Assembly: GCA_951406725.2 (NCBI GenBank)
Contig: OX597814.1
Coordinates: 59,954,001 to 60,018,000, forward strand
Length of the DNA: 64,000 nucleotides
Source: Octopus vulgaris
Lineage: Eukaryota
Direction of reading: 5' to 3'
A model generated the notes under the pieces. That model was given only the letters and a program-made list of their open reading frames with translations. It made no database searches and was not told the origin of the DNA. The position numbers and the translations under genes are program-made. Positions within the stretch are counted from its first letter, which is position 1, and every line of letters begins with the position of its first letter. Positions 1 to 11,367 of this stretch are shown one piece after another.

Positions 1-103
1 TGATCCTGAAGATGATGACGGTTTCTGAAACATGACAGGAATACAAAAGGAGTAACTCACTTAGCTGTCATGTATGCTTCAGATATATTCTGCTTTTGCC
101 AAC

Positions 104-171
<68 letters not shown>

Positions 172-282
172 TGTACACACATACATACACACAAACATAC
201 ACACATTCATACGTACATATATGGTGTTATATATCACACACAGACGTACACATGCATATATATGTGTGTGTGTGTGTGTGAA

Positions 283-545
283 GACGCATGCCTCAGTGGT
301 TAGAACGTTGAACTTACGATCGTTAGTTTGTGAGTTCGATTCCCCGACCGGGCTACGTGTTGTTTTCTTGAGCAAAACACTTTATTCCTTGTTCTTCCAG
401 TTCACTCTGCTGTATAAATGTGTTGCGATGTCACTGGTGCCAAGCTGTATCGGCATTTGCCTTTCCCTCGGATAACATCGGTAGTGTGGGGAGGAGAGTT
501 ATGCATGGGCAACTGCTGGTCTTCCCCGAAAAAACAACCCTAGGA
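283..545 (+). mobile_element. tRNA-derived SINE
   Basis: A-box-like TGCCTCAGTGG and B-box GTTCGATTCC in a tRNA-like head, followed by a non-tRNA body; sits next to (TA)n/(TG)n. Confidence 0.75.
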
Positions 546-882
546 TGTGCCAATAAAATTTGCTTTTTATTAGCATCTAAGAGATCGAACTTATATTTAA
601 CCGTTACATAACTGCAAACTTGTGATAAGGCAATAAAGTAACCTTAGTTTGAAATTTTATAATAATAGCTAATATTTACTGCTCCTTGGTGCAATAAAGA
701 ACTTAAATTAGCTATACACAACCATGTGTATACTCAGTCTCACAAACTTATACATTTGTCTGTGTACGTCCCCCCTCTCTCTCTCTCTCTCTTTCTGTAT
801 ATATATAATATACTGTTCTGCAATATATAAAGGAGATCGCGATCGCAAGAAATCTGTGATGATACCTTGAAAATCGATTAAA

Positions 883-958
<76 letters not shown>

Positions 959-1099
959 ATATGTATGTATGTATGTATGTGTGTGTATGTGAATGTACGT
1001 GTTTTTCCCCCTACCTGAGTCTGTATTTAAATAATAGAAGCCTCATCTGTCAGGGCAAATTGTAAGAATCTAAGCCTTTTCTACCAGGCTTTTAATGTG

Positions 1100-2270
1100 C
1101 AGAAAAAGTGGGAGTATTCTGTGATGGACTATTTTGCTGTTTGTTGAACGCCCCCCATCCCTCCACAGACTCGATCGTACCGAATATTCCACTGATATCA
1201 AATTGCTGTCAGATGTTGATTTATATCTGCAACGATAGACTAAGCGAAAATTATGCTAAGACAGAATTGTGTACTTTTATGCGCGGTGAGAAATTAAACG
1301 ATTCAACATTATACATCCTTCTAAGAGGAACTGAAGTTTTATAGGAGCGTGAGAGAAAATACATGGCAGACTAGAAGAGTTAATACAAAATGTTGGATGA
1401 AAAATAAAGAAGAAAAAGAAATCATGTGGGATATGCATTATGACATTGGAAGTCATCATACTCAAGATATTTTACTCTCACTGGTGATATTAAACTAGCT
1501 GTCATGTCAATATATCGTGAGATTAACGCAGTGCAGGCTCCTTCCTTTCTCTCACACGTCTCACGTTCTCTCTCTCTTTCTTTCTCCCCTTCTCTCTATC
1601 TCTCTCTCTCTCTCTCTCTCTTTTAGAACCCGACCTCCAGATGGTCCAACTAAAAGTTAACTGCATCGATCTCACCAGGCAAAGTTCAAGCACATTGCTC
1701 TTCCCCCTCTGACTAAATGATACGAATCCTGTGAATTCTCGACACCTCGGCGGGTAACACATCACACCATAAACATAGCTAACTATGATACTGTCAGATC
1801 TCAATGACAATGCTAGAGAATACCAATAATATATTGCCAAAATTATCAATCCATTTTTTCATAAGAGCATTTATCTTTATAACATCAGAGAAAATCTACC
1901 CTTTCTTTACCGGTTGCAGGCAGACGATGTGTTTTCTGGTGACTTGCCAAGCATTTAGAAGCAATCTCGACATTTCTTTCCTTTCTTAAATTCGTTCACC
2001 TCACCGATATAAATATAATATTATCACGAGTGATCAATATCATGTAACCTCGCCATTAGAGATTTAATGTTGCAACTATATTCTTCTCGGCTTATCAATA
2101 TTGATTTCTTAGACACAAAGCATCGAAGGAGAAATACGATTGTGAAGTAGCCATGCTCTTCTTCGTATGTAGAGATGTATAAAGAAAATAAAACGACTAA
2201 GATGGTGAATCAAATCGGGGCTGTATTTTAATTTTCATGAGTGTTTCCTCTTCCATGCCTTACCCTCTCG
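1100..2270 (-). pseudogene. Decayed Ty3/Gypsy gag-protease relic
   Basis: Minus-strand IKIQPRFDSPS*SFYF resembles gag LKLPPFW..DP..WF; SIVADINQHL (~1200-1235) resembles protease FVIADV.QPI. Many stops. Confidence 0.5.
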
Positions 2271-2460
2271 TACAGAGTAATATCAAGAAATCTCCACATT
2301 TACGCAAACGTAAAAATTAAAAGAATGGCTGTCTTGCATTTTAATAGGACAATGTAGTGAACTAGTTTTAAATTTAATTCGTATCGATTAACACGAGTCT
2401 GTATTTACGGTGCTTACCAGCTCACCTATAAGTGTACCAATTCCTTATTAATTATTATAG

Positions 2461-3265
2461 GGCGGCGTGCTGGTAGAATCCTCACAGTGCCAAGCGAAAG
2501 TGATTTGCAGCATTTCGTCCGTCTTTACGTTTTTGAGTTCAAATGCCGCTCAGGACGACTCTACTGTTCATCCTTTCAGGGTCGATAACATAAATACTAG
2601 TTGAGCCCTGGGATCGATGTAATCGACATACCCATTCCTCATTCGAAAAAAATTTGCTGGCCTTGTACCACAATGATAGGCCGGTGAACTGGCAGAAACA
2701 TTAGAACGCCGAGTAAAATACTAAGCAACACCATCCGCATTTATGTTCTGGGTTCAAATGTTGTGGGTATCGACTTTGCCTTTCATCCTTTCAGGGTCGA
2801 TAAAATAAGTGCCAGTTAAGCACTGTGGTCAATTTAAATGATTTAATCCTCCCCGAAATCGCAGTCCTTGTACCAAAATTTGAATACATTATTATTATTA
2901 TAAGGTGGCTGGTTGTCAAGTTCATTACAGCGCCAGGCAAATTACATAGTAGCATTTTGTCTCGCTCTGAGTTAAAATGCTATAGAGGTCGACTTTGTCG
3001 TTCATCCTTTCGAGATCGATAAAATAAGTACCAGTAATCAAACACAGGTGTCGATGTAATCGAGTAATTCCCCCATCACCACACACACAAAGACAAAATA
3101 TTTCAAACCTTTAATGACCTGTAGGGATACCGTAAATCGTTATGAAACCATAATATACTATATTGTTGTTCGCATCAGGCCTCACGAATATGAAATGTCA
3201 TAACAAAATCAGTGCTAGCTATAATTTCTATAGAATTTCAGGCCTTGTGCCTATAGTAAAATTAT
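2461..3265 (+). mobile_element. Three tandem SINE copies with a Meta-domain-like core
   Basis: Three consecutive copies (from ~2461, ~2679, ~2903) of the head GGCGG..GCTGGCAGAA, GTTCAAAT, and the core TTCATCCTTTC.GGGTCGATAAAATAAGTACCAG. Confidence 0.75.
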
Positions 3266-3699
3266 TTTATCAATACCCATGCAGTGAAACTATAATTTCC
3301 TTCTTAGGCGAATGAGTTTTCCGCAAGCCGGTCAGAAGAACTATGCATAAACTGAATCCGATACCTAGAGTCTCTTTCGTGAAACCCACTCTCTTATACG
3401 TGCACCCGGACGAGGTTTCCGGCTTCTTCGTCCTAGACAAGGACTGGATTTCCACTTTTGACTAATTCCTACTGATTCCTTAAAGTAAGCTGTTGTATGT
3501 TCATAGGCTGAAACTGAAAGCGATCTCACAGTCCTACGAGTTCTGATACAACGATTTTCATGAGAGAGAGGTTTTGTTAATCAAATGTAATATATACAGT
3601 TGTCAATAAATAAATACTAAAAAAGGGAACATTAATAAAAACCACGGACTGTATTTTTATCATATACATGATATATTTGAAACTGTGGAAAAGGTAAAA

Positions 3700-4293
3700 C
3701 CTGTTGAAGAGGTAGACCCAGGTAGTTCTCCGCTGACGGAGGCAATGACAAACAGCGAGACCTTTGCTGATATGCCGTGCTTGAGAAAACCCGCCAAGCG
3801 AAGTAAGATCGTATTTGGGGTTGATGATAGCAATGTTGCGTTACCGGCCCGTTAAAAGCACTCTTCAAGCGTTATGCTTGTACAGACATGTCAAGCCGTG
3901 TGAAATCGTAGTCCTAGCCGGTGGCAGTGCTGCCTGTCTGGCACCCGTGCCGGTGGCACGTAAAATGCACCGTTTGAGCGTTGCGCCTCAAGGGGACAGT
4001 GACAGGTGACCCACATGTTTGGCGATATACCGTGCTGTGTAGACATGTCAAACCAAGTGAGACCGTTGTCGTGGCAGATGCCAGTGCCCGGTCAATGGCA
4101 CCCATGTTGGTGGCACGTAAAAAAACACCCACTACACTCTCGGAGTGGTTAGCGTTCGGAAGAGGCATCCAGCCGTAGAAACCTTGCTAAATCAGATCGG
4201 AACACTGGTGGAGCCCCCGGCTCACCAGTTTTCAGTCAAACAGTACAACCCATGCCAGCATGGAAAACGGATGTTAATTGATGATGATGATGT

Positions 4294-4340
<47 letters not shown>

Positions 4341-4376
4341 ATGATGATGATGATGATGATGATGATTATGATGATG
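3700..4376 (+). mobile_element. Retroposon (SINE or RTE-type 3' end) with (GAT)n tail
   Basis: Internal repeats (GACATGTCAA.CC..GTGA, GGTGGCACGTAAAA); ends CCATGCCAGCATGGAAAACGGATGTTAA followed by (GAT)n. Confidence 0.6.
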
Positions 4377-4794
4377 CGTTTCTTTATATTTTCAATTTTC
4401 CAATGGTGTAGTGTGCCAAGGAATAATGCAATACGAAGTATTTACTGACTGTATTGGTAATATTAATTGGAATAAAAATTAAACAGCCTATTCATTAAAT
4501 TTAACGAAATACAATGAGAACACGCATTCAAAATGAAAATCTAGATTCAGGAACAACGTTTAATATATTTTGTGGTCACTGAAGTTCAAAATTTTATATT
4601 CACGCTTTTTACACACACACGCACACGTGCGACTATATGCAATACATACATGAAGCAAAACATACAAATCTGCACACATACATACACCATTACATACATA
4701 CATACATACATTCATATAAACAAATAATACCCTGTTGTTGATGTTGAAATTCGAATGAAGGAGCCTTGAATCTATGTTAGAAACCGGCTCTTTA

Positions 4795-4944
<150 letters not shown>

Positions 4945-4989
4945 TCATGTACGTATGAGTGCGTGCGCATATATTTAGTCGATGTAAAT

Positions 4990-6480
4990 GAGCGAAAGGC
5001 AAAGCAAAACAATAAAGCTGTCTCGCCGAACAAACGTCTTCCATGGCATTTATTATCGCCCAATTCAAAATCTATTTTGACACTTTCGACATCCTAATCG
5101 AAAGGAAAATATGTCTGGACCATTGGTAGCATGCAACAAACGATTGTGTTGTTCAACTGGTGCGATATCAAAAACGTATTCCACTGATAATTTTATTCTG
5201 AAATGTTTGAAATTCAATAACGCCAACGGTTTGGAACCTACGTCTGTTAGTGATGAGACAACCACTTAAGACATTGATTCATCTGGAATATACACACAAT
5301 AAGGGTTTGTTAAACTGCAGATCAAAGCAGCCGAGCTTAAAGTCGCCTATTGAATGTATTAACTGCTAGTTAAGTGATGTTGGTAATATATCATAAACTT
5401 GGTGATTTGATGGAAGTGAATGACCTTTATCTTGGGGTTCAACAGTTCATTGAATCTATCGGCTCCTACTGTCCACAATCAACTTAGTTTTATTATTATA
5501 TTTAAGTCGTGCAAAAGTAAGTATTTCACCTCATCATCCATACTCAGTGCTATAATGATGGTAATTACTCTCTATTTATAGTATCAGCTTCTATACTGAG
5601 TTGCCTTGTGATTCATAGTGAATGTTATTATACATAATTGATTCCCTTTCGATCGATTTTTAACTTTTGTATAATCTTTGCAATTTATTTAGGTAAAACT
5701 GGTATCCGATAAAGTTATTTCCAGTTTAAAATCCTTGCAGCATCACAGAAAGAATCTTATGAAAGACAGCACTGAAAAATTAATGGAGTCTAAGATTCAA
5801 ATCTGTTGTGAATATCAGATGAAAATCTATCGCTTCAGTTTGTAAATATTTTCTCGAACTTAAAATTTTTATTACAAATACCAACCGACATTTTATTACT
5901 AATATTTCTAGATCAGTAGATAAAACTCGAACGATATATTGTGTTAGAATTGTCATAGAATATGAATGGTGGAAATCAATTCTGTGAATCTAAATAAAGA
6001 ACTTTTGAACTGGGAACGGATTCTTATATCAAGAATTTGCAGTTTAAACCTAGAAACATTACAGAAGATCTAAAAGTTGATGCTGATATCCGCAGTTTAC
6101 CAACCCAAAACTGATGTTTACAGGTTAAACAAGAAACAGATTTTCTAGTTGCTGAACTCTGAATCATTTCTGTAATAAATGTCAATAGATTTTAATAGTT
6201 ATTCAAACACATACCTGTGCATTTCTTAACAAGATCTTTACGTTTGAACACTAAATAAAGAAGTCCAATGATGCAACATAGTCTGAAGTGGATTAATAGC
6301 GTTTGAATTTATACAAATATATGACTAAACATATATTCATTATTATTTAAACATATATCAACATCAGAAGCATGTAATTTCTGCATCAATAGTTTCCATA
6401 TGTTTTCGTGTCCGCAATTAAAGCCTTCCATGAAGTCACTTTGTAATGATTTCAGTTTTATTACTTGATATATTGCCAGA
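4990..6480 (-). pseudogene. Decayed Ty3/Gypsy pol (RT-RNaseH-integrase zinc domain)
   Basis: ORF 5065-5265 LTDVGSKPL..KHFR...CRKCQ resembles the integrase zinc domain (CDVSTGKPRP..CxxCQ). RH-like and RT-like stretches upstream contain stops. Confidence 0.6.
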
Positions 6481-7890
6481 CCTGAGATCGTAACTCAAAC
6501 CCTCTCTGAATTAATGAGGTCGTTCAGCCCGCTAGAAAAAGCGACAGCAAATCTACTAAATCACAACAAACCGTCTTCATAATGGGAAGGCATATTACGT
6601 AATATAGCTGTTCTACGCCCTAAAATGTAATAAGGTAGTCATGGTCAGAATATATTTTATAATATTTCTGCTCCACCGGGAAGAAGTCTAGGACTAAAAC
6701 TCAATAAGTGGATCTCCCAGCTTATTCGCTATTGTGAACATTACTGTCGCTCTTTGAACGGCTGTAATCTTACCCTTTTTCCAGTTAGAGACAATAGACT
6801 TTGCCATGTTGTGACACAGCCTTCTACAACACAACGGGCTCTGCACACATGTTTATGGACTGTTACATATTTGATCAACTTAGGGAGAATAAATTCAAAG
6901 TAGACCTTTATTGATCATAAAGGAAAATAACCAAATAGCAGAAGATAATTTACTTGCTGGTTTTTTATTTAGTCATTGTCCTGTAGAATATCATAACAAG
7001 TAGTATATTAGAAAAGTGTATACATAGTGTTCATGAATTTTCAACATATCTTTTATAACACAAAAGTGCGTCGCAATTAGTAGTTCCAAAGTTACTTCAT
7101 ATTCACGACAAACACGCAATCACTTCTCCAATGGAACCAATCACTGTGTTTGGATTACAGCAATAGTTTCACTTGCATCACCCTACATATGGCTGTTTCT
7201 ATAGAAGAGTCAACACTCGGCAAACAATCATCGGACAATTCAAAAAGGGTAAAGAGAGAAATAGAAAATGGAATATATCAACGTCAAAGTAGCAAGTTTG
7301 ACGAAGACGAGAGAAATTGAAATATTTGAAAGTAATACAATGAGCTGATTTATCGGGGGAAAAGGTTTAGGCTGAAGGAAATCAATGTGTGTTTTGACTA
7401 ATAAATTGGTATATGTGTGTAAAAAGAGCCTTGGAGGTAAATTATAAGCAGGTTCAATTTTTCGTCTGCATAAAATTATTTGAGAATAATTGCAGATAAA
7501 CATATCAAGAGAATGAAAGAAATAATTCCCAATTATTAAATTTGTCTTTTAACTAAAGAAAAGAGTTAAGGGATCAGAATTTTAAGCAGTTGTGTAAACA
7601 AAGAAAAGATGATATAAACTTGTAACAGGTTTAAGATTTAAATTTTCAGCAGTTAGATTATATGGGGTGTCAATTTTTGAGTGTTCGTGAGCTTTTTTTT
7701 GTAATATGCGGTGCTTCATTTCTCATAAAATAGCTATGAAGTAAAACGAAGTATCTCTGATAGAAAAATTGATGGGATGCTTGAAGATGCAGAAAATATT
7801 TAGTGTTTAACATATTACGAACATGTAGGAGATGGATTCTACAGGCCTTCTGTATTGGGAGGCCTGGAAATTAATCAAAGCAACTGTAAC

Positions 7891-8059
7891 TGGCGCAGGC
7901 AAGGCAGTGTGATAAGAAGCCTGCTTTCCAACCACATGTTTCCAGGTTCAGTTCCACTGCATGATATCTTGGGCACGTGTCTTCTACTATCAGCCTCGGG
8001 CCGATCAAAGCTTGCTTTGTGAGTGAATTCGATAGATGGAAACCGAAAGAAGCCTGCCG

Positions 8060-8121
<62 letters not shown>

Positions 8122-8332
8122 TGTGTGCGTGTGTGTGTGTCTGTATCCTTGCGTTTGTCCCACACCACTGCTACACAGCTGGTGTTGATGTGTTCATGTC
8201 CCCGTAACTGAAGAGTTCGTCAAATAAAAACGATAGAACAAGGTACTAGGCTTTAAAATTAAGTCCTAGGGCCGATTTGTTCAAGGAAAATCCCCAAGAT
8301 GGCCGTAGTCAGATGACTAAAACAAGTAAAAA
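7891..8332 (+). mobile_element. tRNA-related SINE with internal (TA)n(TG)n tract
   Basis: Head GGCGCAGG..GTG.TAAGAAGC, GGTTCAGTTCCACTG; tail ATGACT.AAACAAGTAAAA. Same family at 27585, 35070 and 60490. Confidence 0.75.
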
Positions 8333-8496
8333 ATATATTTCTAAATATATTTTATTTCTTTAAAGTTGAGAACATATAATATAAGAAGTCCATTCCTGAA
8401 AAACCCTTCGATTATATAAGATGGAATGTATGTGGTCACCCTTAGTCCATTTAAGCTTTCGCATCACTCAAAAATAAGGCAAGGCAATTGATACAT

Positions 8497-8704
8497 TTTC
8501 CTTTTACTTGTTTCAATCATTTAACTACGGCTAGCACCGCCTTAAACAGTTTTTAGTCAAAGAAATCAACCATAGGATATCATTTTTGGAGCCTAGTACT
8601 TATTCTGTCGGTCTCTTTTTGCCTAACCGCTAAGATACGGGTACGTAAACACACTAATACCAGTTGTCAAGCGGTGAAGTGGAGCAAACACAGAGAGACA
8701 CACA

Positions 8705-8740
<36 letters not shown>
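8497..8740 (-). mobile_element. 3' half of the same SINE family
   Basis: TTTTACTTGTTTCAATCATT...TAGTACTTATTCTGTCGGTCTCTTTTTGCCTAACCGCTAAG, then (CA)n. Confidence 0.7.
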
Positions 8741-8770
<30 letters not shown>

Positions 8771-8779
8771 ATGAGAAAT

Positions 8780-10740
8780 GTAACTTAGGGATGAGTAATG
8801 TAAAGTAGACCTGTATTGAGCATAACGGATAATAACCAAATAGCAGAAGATAATTTACCTGCTGGTTTCTTATTCAGTTATTGTTTTGTAGAGTATCGTA
8901 CCATATAGTATATTAGAAAAGTGTTGCTCATCAGGTTGTTTATTTAATGATAAATGATGAATATAGATAAAACATAAATACAGCAAAATACAGTATGCGC
9001 CATGTTTTACCGAGTTCATGAAAGATAAGTAACTTTTTTTTGTTCCAACATATGTTTTTATATAATTTTTGTATAACATATGCGAGCTATTATTCAACAA
9101 AATACTCAATAGGATTGTGAATGATATTGCGCAGTCAAATACTCAATCACGAAACAATATAGGTTCTTGATGCAAATATCTTATCTTAAAGGAATCTTTC
9201 TAAAATGGTTGTTTGATCTCTACGTTATTCGAAAGCAAATATATCTTACAGGAAAATTGCTAGATATCAATCTTGTTTGATTAACGGTTATAAGCATATT
9301 ACTGTATGTATGCAAATTACGAATAAAAAAATATACACTTACATAAAAATAGCCAAGCGTAAAATTAAAGTAATTAGTTGCCTGAGATATTTAGTAATGA
9401 AACTGACAAAAATAATAGAAAGTCGTCATGGTAGAAAAGTGATATGAATCATCTCTCATCATTGATTATACTGCGTTGTCATTATTGTTTCAGATAACAC
9501 CTCATAAGTATTTGCATATTAGGAAAGAAGAACGGTGTTATATTTAACTATTTGACGTGTCTGTTCGTTATTTATGTTCAAGGTAAGTAATTACTTGAAA
9601 CACAAATACGATTTTCTATCATGTACGTATCTCAGAGTTCACATACTCTGCATATATAAACACATACACACAGAACCACCAGTGCTTCCAACAACAGCTT
9701 CCCCTTATTTGTTCGGGCATTTTGGGTGTTCTGAGTTCAAACTCCGCCGAGTTGAATTATGGCTTTAATTTTCTTTGTATCCTCGAGTCGCTAAGTACTT
9801 CTCAAGTACGGAGGTAGCAACACATCTCTCCCTCCCTCACTCTCTCTCCCTCTCCTCCCTCTCTCTCTATATATATATCGCTTTGTTGAAATGGGTAACA
9901 TTTCCACCGCTTATATTAATACCTCCTTCCCTAAAAACGGCTAAGATTTCTGCGATGTAACAGCTTCTCCTAGTTAAATATCAAAAGAACTGACGACTTA
10001 CTGGGGACCCAGCATTGCCGGCCTTGGAATGTCCTGTTCTCCACTGCTCGACGATGTCAAAATACACATGCATATATGTACATACCACTGAATTATTATT
10101 ATTTTTTTTTACTATCACAGAGCAGCAAGCTGGCAGAATTGTTACCACGCCCGACAAAATGCTTAACAGCATTTCGTTCGTCTCTACGTTCAGGGTTCAA
10201 ACTCCGCAGAAAATTAAAATCTGCCTTTCATCTTTTCGGAGCCGATAAAATAAGTAACAGTTAAGTACTGGGATTGATTTAATCGACGAACCTCCTCCCC
10301 ACTAATTTCAGGCCTTGTGCCTATAGTAGAAAGGATTATTAACATTATTAGCCAATGGAAAGATAGTATCGCTATTGCGTCAGACATATATTTTGTGTTA
10401 TATGTTCCGACTCTGTACATTTTGCAAATCACAAAATAACTTTCATTGGACAGAACTGACAAATTAGAATACAAATCATCAAGTATCAGTTCCTTTATTT
10501 CTCTTCCCCTTTCTTTCTCTCCTTTCTCTCTCCATACCCAATCTCTCAAATAATTTGTTGCGTTGCGTTTTGCGAATGAGTTCGAGCACGTCTCACACCA
10601 ACACATTTGTCCGCGACAGGCAAGCTGCTTTATCGCATCATATGACTGGAATCACCAGTAAAGTAGACTATGGAAAATTATGATAAATACGTATTATATT
10701 TACGTATTTATGAATGCAATTTATTTTTCTTTTGTCAAGA
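8780..10740 (-). pseudogene. Decayed Ty3/Gypsy gag-PR-RT start, interrupted by SINEs
   Basis: RNATNYLRDW..EIKELILDDLYSNL (ORF 10214-10606) resembles gag RKPSQLLRRM..LRELFLQRLPSNV; VEIKQPF resembles PR; QHFSNILYGTILYKTI (ORF 8870-9109) resembles RT QDF.ANLHG.TIFSKID. Confidence 0.55.
10123..10340 (+). mobile_element. SINE with Meta-domain-like core
   Basis: GCTGGCAGAATTGTTA..GGGTTCAAACTCC..GCCTTTCATCTTTTCGGAGCCGATAAAATAAGTAACAG..AGGCCTTGTGCCTATAGTAGAAAGGATTATT. Confidence 0.75.
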
Positions 10741-10788
10741 CATTTAATATTTTACTTAATTTTTACTAATGCGTATACATTTACTGAC

Positions 10789-10821
<33 letters not shown>

Positions 10822-10825
<4 letters not shown>

Positions 10826-10864
10826 GGATTAAATAAAAAGACAACGGAAAATATGACATACCTG

Positions 10865-10907
<43 letters not shown>

Positions 10908-11282
10908 CAATTCAAAAAACGTGTAGAAAATAAATATACGAACATATACTAAATACACAGACGAAGAGAAAACACACAAGGTCACCAATTCCTCTTCAGT
11001 TATTGGCCAGAGAGCCGAGCGCAATTGCAGTCATTATCGATAATATTACTTTCACTCTGGAGGCACCGGCAAGAAACTTGCCTAGAATGGAAACAAAACA
11101 TAACAAAACAATAAACAGAATAATGGCTTAGGGTCACACGAAGACAGCACTTAAAATGATAATGCATATGCAGCAAAAAAAGCCTTAGGGCTACAAGACA
11201 AGACAAAAATGGATAACGCGAAGGAGAAATGAAAACTGGCCTAAAGGACTATAAATACAGGAGGGGTAGTGTAAACATGTTC

Positions 11283-11367
<85 letters not shown>

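Larger units (their letters stand above)
6877..8924. repeat. Direct repeat pair 6877-7019 / 8782-8924 (~143 bp)
   Basis: Both copies contain AAAGTAGACCT.TATTGA.CATAA.GGA.AATAACCAAATAGCAGAAGATAATTTAC.TGCTGG...TATATTAGAAAAGTGT. Confidence 0.9.

Noticed and set aside
1-50. CTGAAGA..GAAACATG hammerhead-like motif (similar traces at ~855, ~24700, ~26720, ~42518, ~46470)
   Set aside because: No convincing stem I or II, and/or the UH site is missing; at most eroded relics.
283-350. Possible tRNA genes (also 12158, 15800)
   Set aside because: The A/B boxes continue into repeat bodies found in several copies, with no clean cloverleaf; these are SINE heads.
7020-7870. Possible Penelope RT fragment on the minus strand
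   Set aside because: The similarity (PAYNL, LATLTLIYS) is too weak to call by eye; left unassigned.
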